From positions 64,001 to 128,000 of the forward strand of contig CAWDVR010000002.1 of NCBI GenBank assembly GCA_963805975.1: 64,000 bases of DNA, read 5' to 3'. The stretch is from an uncultured Acidobacteriota bacterium (GTDB lineage: Bacteria; Acidobacteriota; Thermoanaerobaculia; Multivoradales; SZUA-115). The notes beneath the pieces were generated by a model, which worked only from the letters and a program-made list of their open reading frames with translations, had not been told where the DNA came from and did no database searches. The translations under genes were made by a program, and so were the position numbers. Positions 1 to 9,026 of this stretch are shown here, in pieces; position 1 is the stretch's first letter; every line of letters begins with the position of its first letter.

Positions 1-514
1 GAAGCGGCCGTCGGCGGTGGTGAGGAAGATCCGGTCGTCGAGCCCCAGCCCCTTCAGGCCGCGAAAGATCGTGTCGCGGTGACCCGCCAGCGCCACGTTG
101 CCGGCCTCGCCGGGAAACGCAGTCTCCGGCAGGTGGCCGACGGCGCGCCGCAGGGTGGTGGTGTCCACGCCCTCGGCGACGATCGTTTCGATGTCTGCCT
201 TGGGGATCTCCAGGCGTCCGATCAGGCCCTCCGCGGCGGCGCTGGCGCGAGCACCGCTTGCTACTCTCTCGCTGGCTGCACGCTTCTTGGTTTCCAGGCC
301 CGCCTCCCAGCCCGGTGGCTTCTAGCATTGATGCGAGGCGGCTCTCCTGCAGGCGCTCGAAGGCAAAGCGATCGAGCGATACGTACCCCACGTAGCCGAA
401 AGACACCAAGGCGACCAGGAGCAACGCCGCTTGCAGCGAGTGGGCGAAGCTCCTGGCCGTCTTCGTGTCGAGCGCCCCTCCGTACCGGAGGGCCGGTGGC
501 TGCGAGGGGCGCAT
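1..514 (-). pseudogene. Class D-type sortase, truncated by the window edge and apparently frameshifted between its N-terminal membrane anchor and catalytic domain
   Basis: Manual translation of the minus strand 321->1 gives GRLEIP..VAEGVDTTTLRRAVGHLPETAFPGEAGNVALAGHRDTIFR (sortase GHRDT motif). That frame has a TAG at 322-324. The ATG at 514 and the hydrophobic anchor (LQAALLLVALVSFGYVGYVSL) lie in a different frame. Could be a sequencing error. Confidence 0.75.
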
Positions 515-544
515 GGGGTTATCGATCAAACCTCGAACCACGGG

Positions 545-1054
545 TTACGAACGGCGCGCCGCACGGAGGCCGACGGCACCGCCCAGAGCCAGCAAGCCGA
601 TCAGGCCCACCAGGGCCTCGGGGCTCGCGGTCTGCGGCAGCGTACGAGCATACTGGTCGTTATCGGTATCGTCGACATCGTCGTTCATCGCCGTGGCGCT
701 CGGAGCCGGCGCAGGGTACGACGTCGGCGGAGTCAAAGGCTGCTCGGCCATCGCGGAGGCAGCAGGGGCAATCTTCGCCGCGTGGAACGTGCCGTTGGCG
801 AGCGCATGGTAGTCGACCGTCACCCGGTCGCCGACCTTGAGATCGGTCGCCGGCTTGGTGGTCATCGAGTCGATGGCCAGCGTCATCCGCGGGTCACTGT
901 CGGACTGGAGGACCAGCGACGACGGCGACCACGAGAGCACCTTGCCGGTGGTGGTCAACGTCGGGCCCATGCTCGTCGAATCAGTCTGCGCCCAAGCCGA
1001 GACCGCACAGGCGGCGGCCAGAACGCACATGAGAGCGATGCTGTAGCGCTTCAT
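545..1054 (-). CDS. Secreted protein with C-terminal LPxTA sortase sorting signal
   Basis: Signal peptide MKRYSIALMCVLAAACAVSAWA; C-terminus LPQTA + hydrophobic helix + RAARRS; SD AAGGAGA upstream of ATG 1054; adjacent to the sortase gene. Confidence 0.85.
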   Translation of the reverse strand: MKRYSIALMCVLAAACAVSAWAQTDSTSMGPTLTTTGKVLSWSPSSLVLQSDSDPRMTLAIDSMTTKPATDLKVGDRVTVDYHALANGTFHAAKIAPAASAMAEQPLTPPTSYPAPAPSATAMNDDVDDTDNDQYARTLPQTASPEALVGLIGLLALGGAVGLRAARRS

Positions 1055-1202
1055 GATGTCTCTCCTTGGAGTAGTTGTCGGTGAAGTGGCCGCCTCTTGG
1101 CGCGCGGCCGAAGACCTATATTTCGAAGCTGAGCTTTGCACTCCTCGACCCGGGCGACTGGAGGCTTCGGCAACAGCGCTTCTCATCATGGACCACCGAA
1201 AG

Positions 1203-1218
1203 TGCAACCTCCGTTCCA
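1203..1218 (-). promoter_or_regulatory. sigma54 -24/-12 promoter for the LPxTA/sortase genes
   Basis: Minus strand TGGAACGGAGGTTGCA = GG-N10-GC with TTGC. Confidence 0.65.
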
Positions 1219-1290
1219 CGGAAGTAGCCTGACGAACGGCAACGATTCCGGGAGGTTTGGCGCCTTTCGGTGGCTGGAGGAGAAGCTTTT

Positions 1291-3366
1291 TCAGGGCCGG
1301 CCGGCAACCGGTGCCGAGCCGGCAGCGCGTCGGGCCCGGAGCCGCAGCTCGACGCCGGCACGTGCCGCGAAGCCCGGTGCCGGGAAGTAGAACGGCACGT
1401 TGGCGCCGGTCGCGTCCGGCAGCGCGTAGCCGAGCGGGGCATAGCGCTCGTTGGTGAGGTTGAGCAGGTCGAGACGGAGCCGGGAACGGCCCAGGGTTCG
1501 CGCCAGCCGCAGGTCCCAGACCAGGGCGTCGGAGAGCGGCAGCAGATTGGCGTCGTCCAACCAGCGGTCCGCGTACCAGCTTCCAGAGATCTCGGCCCCG
1601 ACCCCTCCCGGCAGGTCGAGCCCGGCGCCGGCGCGCAGCACGTGGCGCGGGATGTTCTTGAGCTGCCGGCCGCGCGCCGGGCCCGAGCGCTGTCCGGCCT
1701 GGGTCCAGGTGTAGGCGAGCCGCGGCCGCACGGGGCTGCCGGCGAAGAGTGACGCCGCGGCCTCCACTCCCTGGTGGAGGCTCCCCTCGAGGTTGCCGTA
1801 GCGGAAGGTGGCGGGATCGAAGTCGATCTCGTCTTCGACGGCGGTGCGGTAGGCCACCAGCTCGAAGCGGTGCGCGGCCGTGGTACCGCGCAAGCCGGCT
1901 TCGATCGAGCGCGCCCGCTGCGGCTCGATGTCGGGGTTCGAGATCACGAAGCTGCCGCCCGTGAAGTCGGGGAACGGCCGCGGATCGAAGAGCTGGTCGA
2001 CCGTGGCCGCCTTGAAGGCGCGCGACACCTGGACAAAGCCGACGAGCGAGCCGGGCGCGGCCGGATCGCGGCCGAGGTCCACGGTCAGACCGATGCGCGG
2101 CGAGAGGGCGTCGTGCTCCACCGTCTCGCCGCCACGCTGCCGGTCGCGGATCGAGTCCCAGCGCAGGCCGGTCGCCAGCCGCAGGCGGGGCGAAAGCTGC
2201 CAGGCGTGGGCGAGAAACCCGGCGAGGCGCTCGCGCCGGGCGTCGGCCGCCGCCACCTCTTCACCCGTGGCACCGGCGGCGCCGACCTCGCGGTAGGTGG
2301 TGTCCAACCCATCGGCCGCGAGCTCGAGACCGGCCCGCAGATGGCTGTCGCGCCCGGCGAGCGTGAATCGGCGCTCCCCTTCGAGCGAGGCACCGGCCGA
2401 TTCCGTGTCGAGGGAGCGCAGCTTGCGATCCCCCAGGCCGGGGACGAGCAACAGGGTGCGAAGCAGCTTCGTCTCCCGGCGCGAGGCCCAGAGCGCGGCG
2501 CGCCAGGGGTGACGCTCGCCGAGGTCGAAGCGCAGCGCGGCCCGCTGCCGCTCCGTGTCCTCGCGGTCGAAGCGGAAGAGCGGGTCCGAGCCCGAGCGGT
2601 CCCGTACCAGCTCGGTAGCTGTCAGAGGTCCGGGCTCCTCGCGGTCACGGCTGCTCGCCGTGGCGTCGAAGCGCCAGCTCCCCGCCGCGAGCGGTCCGTA
2701 CGCGGCGAGATCGAGGCTCCCCTCGTCGCTCGCCGACTGGCTGCGGAAGCCGTCCGTGTGGAGCGCCGAGCCTGCCAGCCGCAGCCCGCCGCGCCCCAGC
2801 GCCACGCTTCGACCCAGGTCTGCCGAGGCGGTGCCGAAGCTGCCCCCGGCGAGGGCCAGCCGGCCGGCGCCGTCCTCCTCGGGCGCGAGGCGGGTGGTGA
2901 CGTCGACCACACCCCCGAGCGCCGTATCGCCGTAGAAGGCCGAGGCCGAGCCGCGCAGCACCTCTACGCGCTCGACGCCCTCGGCGCGCACGCGCCGCCA
3001 GTCCGCAACCCCGGACTCGGCGTCCGCCGCGGGAATGCCGTCGACGCGGAGCTGCAGGTACTCCGCTTCCCCGGCGCCGAAGAAGCCGCGGGCGACGATC
3101 ATCGGCACGCCGCCGGCGCTCTGCGGGAAGAGGACGACGAGGCCCGGGACGAAGTCCAGCAGCTCGGCGAGGTTCTCGGCCGGGAAGGCCGAGATCGCCT
3201 CGCGATCGAGCACCGAGACCGCGGCGGGCACCAGCGAGAGAGGCTCCGCGCCCCGCTCGGCGACTACGACGATGGTGTCGGGAACGCGCAGCGCCGGCGC
3301 CTCGGCCTGGGCGGCGGGCGGGGCGTGCGCGAACAGCAGGCGGAAAGCCAGCCAGACGCCGATCAT
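1291..3366 (-). CDS. TonB-dependent outer membrane receptor
   Basis: Signal peptide, TonB-box-like DTIVVVA, plug motif ERVEVLRGSASAFYG..GGVV, NLTNERY near the C-terminus. Confidence 0.92.
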   Translation of the reverse strand: MIGVWLAFRLLFAHAPPAAQAEAPALRVPDTIVVVAERGAEPLSLVPAAVSVLDREAISAFPAENLAELLDFVPGLVVLFPQSAGGVPMIVARGFFGAGEAEYLQLRVDGIPAADAESGVADWRRVRAEGVERVEVLRGSASAFYGDTALGGVVDVTTRLAPEEDGAGRLALAGGSFGTASADLGRSVALGRGGLRLAGSALHTDGFRSQSASDEGSLDLAAYGPLAAGSWRFDATASSRDREEPGPLTATELVRDRSGSDPLFRFDREDTERQRAALRFDLGERHPWRAALWASRRETKLLRTLLLVPGLGDRKLRSLDTESAGASLEGERRFTLAGRDSHLRAGLELAADGLDTTYREVGAAGATGEEVAAADARRERLAGFLAHAWQLSPRLRLATGLRWDSIRDRQRGGETVEHDALSPRIGLTVDLGRDPAAPGSLVGFVQVSRAFKAATVDQLFDPRPFPDFTGGSFVISNPDIEPQRARSIEAGLRGTTAAHRFELVAYRTAVEDEIDFDPATFRYGNLEGSLHQGVEAAASLFAGSPVRPRLAYTWTQAGQRSGPARGRQLKNIPRHVLRAGAGLDLPGGVGAEISGSWYADRWLDDANLLPLSDALVWDLRLARTLGRSRLRLDLLNLTNERYAPLGYALPDATGANVPFYFPAPGFAARAGVELRLRARRAAGSAPVAGRP

Positions 3367-3404
3367 CCTCAGGGGATCATAGTCGGGCGATCATGGCCCG
3401 GCGG

Positions 3405-4958
3405 TCATGGCAGCGGCTCGATGCGGAACACCTTTCCCGTCTTGGGCATCACCTCGGCCGCCTTGGCGGTGGGCTCGAAGACGCCGAAGTCGAGCACGTA
3501 GACCAGCCCGTCCGGCCCGACCTTGACGTCGACCGGGCGCTCCAGGCCGTCCTCGAGGTCGAGGCGCGAGGCGGGCTGGCTCGCCCCCGCGCCCCGGTTG
3601 CGCACGAACACCTCGCGCCGGCCGCTCGCGAGGTCCACGGCCTCGACCTGGAAGCCGGCGCGCAGGTCCGGGTTGACCGGGTCCGTGTTGGGCCGGAAGT
3701 CACCCATCTCCGAGATCAGGAGCCGGCCGGCCCAGCGCGCGAAAGGGCCGCCGGGCGGCACCACCGTCATGCCGCCGAGCGCGGCGTGCGGATCGGTGGT
3801 GGCCACCAGCAGGCCACGGTCCGGCGGCGCCAGGCCGCTCGCCCGTTGGTCGATCACCGGCAGCAGCAGATCCTGGCCCGGCGGGAAGAACTTGGCCGGC
3901 GCGCGGTAGCGAGGGTCGGAGACGGGTACCAGGGCCGCCGAGTAGTCCGGCCAGCCGTACCAGGCGCCCTCGCGCAGGCGATAGATGGCGTCCGGATCGT
4001 CGAGCACCGGACGGGTGCCGCGGATGTCCGCGCCGTGCATGCCGATGAGCAGGGGGCCGGCCGGGTCCCAGGCCAGGGCCACGGGGTTGCGGAAGCCCCA
4101 GGCCAATAGGTCCGGCGTAGCGGCCCCCGATCGCAGCCGATACACGGCGCTGGTACACGGCACTTTGCCTGCCACCTGGCGCTCGACCGGCGCGCCATAG
4201 GCGGCGAAGGCACCGGTCACCGCGCGGTCGTCCTTCTCGTCAGTGAGCGCGTTGTCGTCGGGGAAGGAAGCGCCCGTCAGGGTCAGGTCGCGGCAGGGCA
4301 CGTCGTGCACCGCGGGGCGCTTCGCGAGCCATTTGCCGTTCACCGGGTCGTGGCTCGACACCACTCCCGAGTTGGTGGCGCTGCCGAGTCCGAAATAGAG
4401 GTTGCCGGCGGCGTCGAAGAGCAGGTAGTTGACGGCGTGGTCGCCGTTGCCCGGCAGGTCGCGCAGCACCGCCTCGACGGCGCCGCCCGCCGGCCGCACG
4501 CGGCTGATGCCCCAGGTGCCGTCCTTCTCCTCGTGCGAGAAGTAGAGCCAGCCGTCGTGGAACTCGAGGCCGATCGCCTGCCCGCCGGTCGGCGCCCGAT
4601 CGCCTTCGAGCGGGATCTCCTCCGGCTCGCCGGCGTCGTTGACGCGCAGGATCCGCGGCTCGAGCAGCGGCACCGGCACGGTGTGCGACTCGAGGACGTA
4701 GAGCCGGCCAGTGTCGTCGAAGGTGATCGAGCTCGGATAGTTGAGGCCCGCGACCAGCCGCACGGCCCGGAAGCCGGCCGGCGTCTCGATGTCCGTCACC
4801 ACCTTGGGCTCGGCGCCGTGGGTCGCGGCCTGATCGAGCGACTGCGTGGCGAGCGTTCCACCCTTGCATGCGGTGAGCAGCAGCAGCCAGCCCACGGCGA
4901 CGCCGATGGCGAGCCGGGGGCTGCGTTTCAGGTCACGCGCCTTGACACGGAACTTCAT
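3405..4958 (-). CDS. PQQ-dependent glucose/sorbosone dehydrogenase family beta-propeller lipoprotein
   Basis: Lipobox LLTAC; motifs GLNYPSSITFD, AWGFRNP, YGWPD, RPVDVKVGPDG.VYVLDFG; ATG overlaps the upstream stop (ATGA at 4955-4958). Confidence 0.85.
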   Translation of the reverse strand: MKFRVKARDLKRSPRLAIGVAVGWLLLLTACKGGTLATQSLDQAATHGAEPKVVTDIETPAGFRAVRLVAGLNYPSSITFDDTGRLYVLESHTVPVPLLEPRILRVNDAGEPEEIPLEGDRAPTGGQAIGLEFHDGWLYFSHEEKDGTWGISRVRPAGGAVEAVLRDLPGNGDHAVNYLLFDAAGNLYFGLGSATNSGVVSSHDPVNGKWLAKRPAVHDVPCRDLTLTGASFPDDNALTDEKDDRAVTGAFAAYGAPVERQVAGKVPCTSAVYRLRSGAATPDLLAWGFRNPVALAWDPAGPLLIGMHGADIRGTRPVLDDPDAIYRLREGAWYGWPDYSAALVPVSDPRYRAPAKFFPPGQDLLLPVIDQRASGLAPPDRGLLVATTDPHAALGGMTVVPPGGPFARWAGRLLISEMGDFRPNTDPVNPDLRAGFQVEAVDLASGRREVFVRNRGAGASQPASRLDLEDGLERPVDVKVGPDGLVYVLDFGVFEPTAKAAEVMPKTGKVFRIEPLP

Positions 4959-5446
4959 GGCGCGGGCTCCCGGCGACCGATCTCGGTGGCCTCGGGGTCG
5001 GCGTTCTCGAGCACGCCGATCTTGTGCTCGAAGACCATCTTGCCTCCCAGCCATCCCGAGGCGAGGAGCAACGCCGTCGCCACCAGCGCCAGGCCCATGG
5101 CGAGCGTCCACCGCGAGCCGGTGAATGCGCCGCCATTCCAGCGCAGCGCCAGGCTGGCGGCGAAGAGCGCCACCACCGTGAGGTTGAGAACCATGTGCAG
5201 GGTGGCGAGCCGCCGGCCGCGGGCGCTCATCTTCACCCCGAAGTAGTCCGCGAAGCCGGCCAGGGCGGCGAGCAGGGCCGAGACCACCCCCACCAGGATG
5301 GCGACGCGAGAGATCTCGTACCAGCTCGCGTTTTGGGTCTGGTAGTACGCGCAGTCAGCGATCACCGCCAGGATGAAGGCGCCGATCGGCACGGTGACCA
5401 AGAAGGGATGGATCGGATGCCCTCCGATCGCGGCGCGGCTTCTCAT
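4955..5446 (-). CDS. DUF2231 family membrane protein
   Basis: GHPIHPFLVTVPIG N-terminal motif, 4 TM helices, GWLGGKMVFEH; SD GGAGG upstream. Confidence 0.85.
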   Translation of the reverse strand: MRSRAAIGGHPIHPFLVTVPIGAFILAVIADCAYYQTQNASWYEISRVAILVGVVSALLAALAGFADYFGVKMSARGRRLATLHMVLNLTVVALFAASLALRWNGGAFTGSRWTLAMGLALVATALLLASGWLGGKMVFEHKIGVLENADPEATEIGRREPAP

Positions 5447-5494
5447 ATCTCCACCTCCCGAGCCGGAGCGAGCTCCGCTCACCTGCGGGTTTCT

Positions 5495-6082
5495 CTACAT
5501 CGCGGTTCTCAGCACGCTGATCTTTTCGGCTTCGGCCGGCAGGGCCTGCCCGGCCGTCACCGGCAAACGCCAGGCGATCAGGCCGATTGCCATCACCAGC
5601 AAGAGGAGCACGGGAGCGAGCTCCCAGCGGCGGGCCTGGTCGCGGCGCGGTGCGCGTCCCAGGGCGAAGAGCAGGCAGAAGGTGAGGAGCACGAGGAGAC
5701 CGACTTGGAGCACCGGCGCGAGGCGAGACTCGAAGCCCGCCTGGTCGCCGAGGAGAACAGGCACCAAGAGACCGAGAGCGACCGGCAGCACGAAGAGCGT
5801 GCCGGCACCGAGCAGGAACGCGAGGCGGCGCGGAGCCTGGAGAAAGCGCACACCGCCGTAGGCCACCACCGCGGCGGCCCCGGCGCCGAAGCCGCAGGCG
5901 AGAGCCAGGCCTCGCCACATGGGAACCAGCGCCTCCGCCTCGTGGGCCAGGGTCCAGGTGAGCGCGAGCGTACATGCGACCCAGGCTCCCAGCCCGACCT
6001 TGAGCAGGCGCAAGGTCTCCCGATTCCAGAACAGATGCAGTGCAGCCACTCGCAACGGATGGGGCTCTCGCATCGCCTCCAC
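5495..6082 (-). CDS. Hypothetical multi-pass membrane protein
   Basis: About 5 hydrophobic segments; SD-like GGAGGAGG at the start; first gene after a sigma54 motif. Confidence 0.65.
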   Translation of the reverse strand: MEAMREPHPLRVAALHLFWNRETLRLLKVGLGAWVACTLALTWTLAHEAEALVPMWRGLALACGFGAGAAAVVAYGGVRFLQAPRRLAFLLGAGTLFVLPVALGLLVPVLLGDQAGFESRLAPVLQVGLLVLLTFCLLFALGRAPRRDQARRWELAPVLLLLVMAIGLIAWRLPVTAGQALPAEAEKISVLRTAM

Positions 6083-6138
6083 CTCCTCCCAAGCTCAAAT
6101 TTTCAAGTTTCAAACGACTCGGATCGAAAGCTCGAGAG

Positions 6139-6154
6139 AGCAAGGCATGTGCCA
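6139..6154 (-). promoter_or_regulatory. sigma54 -24/-12 promoter for the 6082->1291 operon
   Basis: Minus strand TGGCACATGCCTTGCT, near-consensus. Confidence 0.8.
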
Positions 6155-6243
6155 TGGAGATCGGAGACAGACGCCAGCACCGCCCTCTCCGGGCATGCAC
6201 CCCTTGCCGCCGGGGAAATCTTGGACGGAAAGAACTGCCATGC

Positions 6244-6477
6244 CTACGCCCGATCCTGGAGACGGCTTTCGCCGGAGGACTTCGCGCAGTGGTTGCAGCA
6301 GTAGAGCGTGCCGTCCGCCTCCAGGCCGTGGCCGATGATCCGGCAGCCGCAGTGCGAACAGACCGGCGCCAGCATGTGGATGGCGCACTCGAAGCTGTCG
6401 AAGGTGAGGGTGGTATCGGCCATCGTTACCTGGAAGGCCTTGTCGTAGTCGTTGCCGCAAAGCGCACAGCGTGCCAT
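6244..6477 (-). CDS. Small Cys/His-rich metallothionein-like metal-binding protein (77 aa)
   Basis: MARCALCGNDYDKAF..FDSFECAIH..CSHCGCRIIGHG..YCCNHCA with 9 Cys and 4 His; SD AAGGAGG upstream of ATG 6477. Confidence 0.8.
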   Translation of the reverse strand: MARCALCGNDYDKAFQVTMADTTLTFDSFECAIHMLAPVCSHCGCRIIGHGLEADGTLYCCNHCAKSSGESRLQDRA

Positions 6478-6525
6478 GCATGCCTCCTTTTGCGTTTCGT
6501 CTTGTGTTTCGTTCCCGCCCGGCGG

Positions 6526-6541
6526 TGCAAGAGAGTTGCCC
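6526..6541 (-). promoter_or_regulatory. sigma54 -24/-12 promoter for the Cys-rich protein gene
   Basis: Minus strand GGGCAACTCTCTTGCA (GG-N10-GC, TTGC). Confidence 0.6.
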
Positions 6542-6551
6542 GCTGCCCGCG

Positions 6552-6567
6552 CGGCACGGCAATTGCC
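6552..6567 (+). promoter_or_regulatory. sigma54 -24/-12 promoter for the UbiB/ABC1 kinase gene
   Basis: CGGCACGGCAATTGCC, near-consensus. Confidence 0.7.
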
Positions 6568-6582
6568 TGGCCTCACCCGCTC

Positions 6583-8253
6583 ATGACCCTCTCCCTCGCT
6601 CCGAGCCACCTGAAGCGCTACAAAGACATCGCCCGCCTGTTCATCCGCTATGGCCGCCGCGAGTGGGCGACCGGCGACTGGGCGGCTGCCGGGCTCGCCG
6701 CCGAAGAGCCGGCGATGCCGGAGACCTCGCCGGCCGCCGAGCAGCTCGCCGACGACCTCGAGGCCCTGGGGCCCACCTTCATCAAGCTGGGCCAGGTGCT
6801 GGCCACCCGGGCCGACCTGCTGCCGCTGCCCTATCTGACCGCGCTCGCCCGCTTGCAGGACCAGGTCGAGCCCTTCGCCTTCGCCGAGGTGGAGCGCACG
6901 GTCGAGAGCGAGCTCGGCGTGCGGCTCTCCAAGGCCTTCTCGAGCTTCGAGTCGGCGCCTCTCGCCGCCGCTTCACTGGGCCAGGTGCACCGCGCGGCGC
7001 TGCGCGACGGGCGGCTGGTGGCGGTCAAGGTGCAGCGGCCCGGCGTACGCGAGATCATCGTCGACGACCTGGCCGCGATCGGCGAGGCCGCGGTCTGGCT
7101 GGAGGCTCACACCGAGATCGGCAGCCGCTACCAGTTGACGGCCCTCGCCGACGAGTTCCGCCGCACGCTGCAACGCGAGCTGGACTACGGAATCGAGGCC
7201 AACAACCTCGAGCGCCTGGGGAAGATCCTCGAACCCTTCCCGCGGCTCCTGGTGCCGCAGCCGATCCACGACTTCACCACCTCGCGCGTGCTGACCATGG
7301 ACTACGTGCGCGGCAAGAAGGTCACCGCTCTCGGGCCCCTGGCGCGCCTCGAGCTGGATGGCGAGGGGCTCGCCGACGAGCTGTTCCACGCCTACCTCCA
7401 CCAAGTGCTGGTGGACGGCTTCTTCCACGCCGATCCGCACCCGGGCAACGTCTTCATCACCGACGACCAGCGCCTGGCGCTCCTCGATCTCGGCATGGTC
7501 GGCCACGTGTCCAACGAGCAGCAGGACAAGCTCCTGCGGCTCCTGCTCGCGGCGAGCGACGGCCGGGGCGAAGAGGTTGCCGCGCTGGCCGAGGCGATGG
7601 GCACCAGGCTGCCCCACTTCGACGCGGCGAAGTTCACCCGCAGCGTCTCCGGCCTGGTGGCGGAGCACCGTGAGGCGAGCCTCGAGCAGCTCGCCATCGG
7701 CCGGCTGATGCTGGCGGTGGCGAGGGAGAGCGCAGAGGCGGGCGTTCGCCTGCCGTCGGATATGTCGCTCCTGGGCAAGACGCTGCTGCAGCTCGACGAC
7801 ATCGGGCGCACCATCGCTCCCGGCTTCAATCCCAACGAAGCGGTCCGCCGCCACGCCGTGGCGGTGACGCGCGAGCGCCTCAAGAAGAGCGCCTCGCCGC
7901 CCAATCTCCTCGCCGCCCTGGGCGACATGAAGGAGTTCCTGGAGCGGCTGCCGGCACGCACCAACAAGATCCTGGACCTGGTGGCGGCGAACGAGCTCAA
8001 GATCGAGGTCGACGCCATCGACGAGGGGTTGTTGATGGAGGGCTTTCAGAAGGTCGCCAACCGGATCAGCGTCGGCCTGGTGCTCGCGGCGCTGATCGTC
8101 GGTGCCGCTCTACTGATGCAGGTGGAGACCTCGTTTCGCCTCTTCGGCTATCCGGGCTTGGCGATGATCTGCTTCCTGGGAGCCGCGGCCGGCGGGGTGG
8201 CGCTGGTAGGCGGAATCCTGTGGAACGACCGTCAGACCCGGCACAAGGACTAA
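6583..8253 (+). CDS. ABC1/AarF/UbiB family atypical protein kinase
   Basis: LGPTFIKLGQ, AAASLGQVH, VAVKVQRP, FFHADPHPGN, LLDLGMVG; two C-terminal TM helices. Start moved from the track's 6040 to ATG 6583. Confidence 0.93.
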   Translation: MTLSLAPSHLKRYKDIARLFIRYGRREWATGDWAAAGLAAEEPAMPETSPAAEQLADDLEALGPTFIKLGQVLATRADLLPLPYLTALARLQDQVEPFAFAEVERTVESELGVRLSKAFSSFESAPLAAASLGQVHRAALRDGRLVAVKVQRPGVREIIVDDLAAIGEAAVWLEAHTEIGSRYQLTALADEFRRTLQRELDYGIEANNLERLGKILEPFPRLLVPQPIHDFTTSRVLTMDYVRGKKVTALGPLARLELDGEGLADELFHAYLHQVLVDGFFHADPHPGNVFITDDQRLALLDLGMVGHVSNEQQDKLLRLLLAASDGRGEEVAALAEAMGTRLPHFDAAKFTRSVSGLVAEHREASLEQLAIGRLMLAVARESAEAGVRLPSDMSLLGKTLLQLDDIGRTIAPGFNPNEAVRRHAVAVTRERLKKSASPPNLLAALGDMKEFLERLPARTNKILDLVAANELKIEVDAIDEGLLMEGFQKVANRISVGLVLAALIVGAALLMQVETSFRLFGYPGLAMICFLGAAAGGVALVGGILWNDRQTRHKD

Positions 8254-8290
8254 AAACAAAAACGCCGGGCCTCGAAGCCGAGGCCCGGCG
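8252..8290 (-). terminator. Intrinsic terminator for the OMP gene (possibly bidirectional)
   Basis: 12-bp stem CGCCGGGCCTCG-aagc-CGAGGCCCGGCG followed on the minus strand by TTTTTGTTTTT, between convergent genes. Confidence 0.8.
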
Positions 8291-8312
8291 GGCAGCTCGA
8301 AGTCGATCGGAG

Positions 8313-8903
8313 CTAGAAGTTCCAGCGTAAGCCGACGTTGGCGCCGAACCCGTCGAGATCGAAGGTCGCGGTGTCGTCGATGTCGATGTCGTCGATGTCG
8401 TCGAGATCCTCGGGATCGAGGCGGACCTCACCTTCCATCTTGCGGTAGTTGGCCTCGACGAAGAACTGGATGCCGTCCGGATTGCCGAAGGCGGCGCCCA
8501 GCGCGCCGTAGTAACCCACCTCGTCGTCCACCTCGCCAAAGTCGCTGTCCAGCAGGTAGTAGCCGGCACCGAACGAGGCATAGGGGCGGAAGCTGTCCTG
8601 CGGGAAGCTCAAGCGCACACCCACCTCGGCCGGGATCACGCTGATGCCCTGATCCTGGAAGACGGTGTCGTCGCTGTCGAAGGCGTTGGCGAGCGGGTCG
8701 TCCGACAGCTCCTCGAAGTAGGTGCCACGGAGCTCGATGGCCCAGGTCTCGTTGAACGGCAGGCCGAGGCTGATACCGCCACCCGCCGTGTCCCCTGCGG
8801 CGTCGGTGTCCCAGTAGGAGCCGTAGAGCGAAAAATCGGTGGCGGTCGCCGGCATCGCGAGTGCGAGGCCGAGGACGGCTGCCAGTAGAGCTTTACTCTT
8901 CAT
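8313..8903 (-). CDS. Small outer membrane beta-barrel protein (OmpW/OmpA-TM-like)
   Basis: Signal peptide, amphipathic strands (RPYASFGAGYY), C-terminal GLRWNF; SD AAGGAGA. Confidence 0.85.
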   Translation of the reverse strand: MKSKALLAAVLGLALAMPATATDFSLYGSYWDTDAAGDTAGGGISLGLPFNETWAIELRGTYFEELSDDPLANAFDSDDTVFQDQGISVIPAEVGVRLSFPQDSFRPYASFGAGYYLLDSDFGEVDDEVGYYGALGAAFGNPDGIQFFVEANYRKMEGEVRLDPEDLDDIDDIDIDDTATFDLDGFGANVGLRWNF

Positions 8904-9010
8904 GGTTGTATCTCTCCTTGGTTGTGTGTGGGTGAAGCTCGAAACAGGCAAGCCCCTCTCTCCCTCACGTCACGCGCGGCTCAATGGAACCGCATATCTC
9001 ACGCCACGGC

Positions 9011-9026
9011 TGCAACTAACATTCCA
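9011..9026 (-). promoter_or_regulatory. sigma54 -24/-12 promoter for the OMP gene
   Basis: Minus strand TGGAATGTTAGTTGCA. Confidence 0.65.

Noticed and set aside
1774-3501. 575-aa plus-strand ORF (also 9280-11436, 11953-13554, 13556-15895, 32515-34581, 62604-63887 and similar)
   Set aside because: Each lies antisense to a gene with clear family motifs
6040-6582. N-terminal extension of the UbiB-family ORF given by the track
   Set aside because: Overlaps the Cys-rich gene and promoter motifs; family similarity begins at Met 6583
8372-8403. (GTCGAT/GTC)n-like repeat as a phase-variation tract
   Set aside because: Imperfect in-frame codon repeat encoding an acidic loop (DLDDIDDIDIDD) of the OMP
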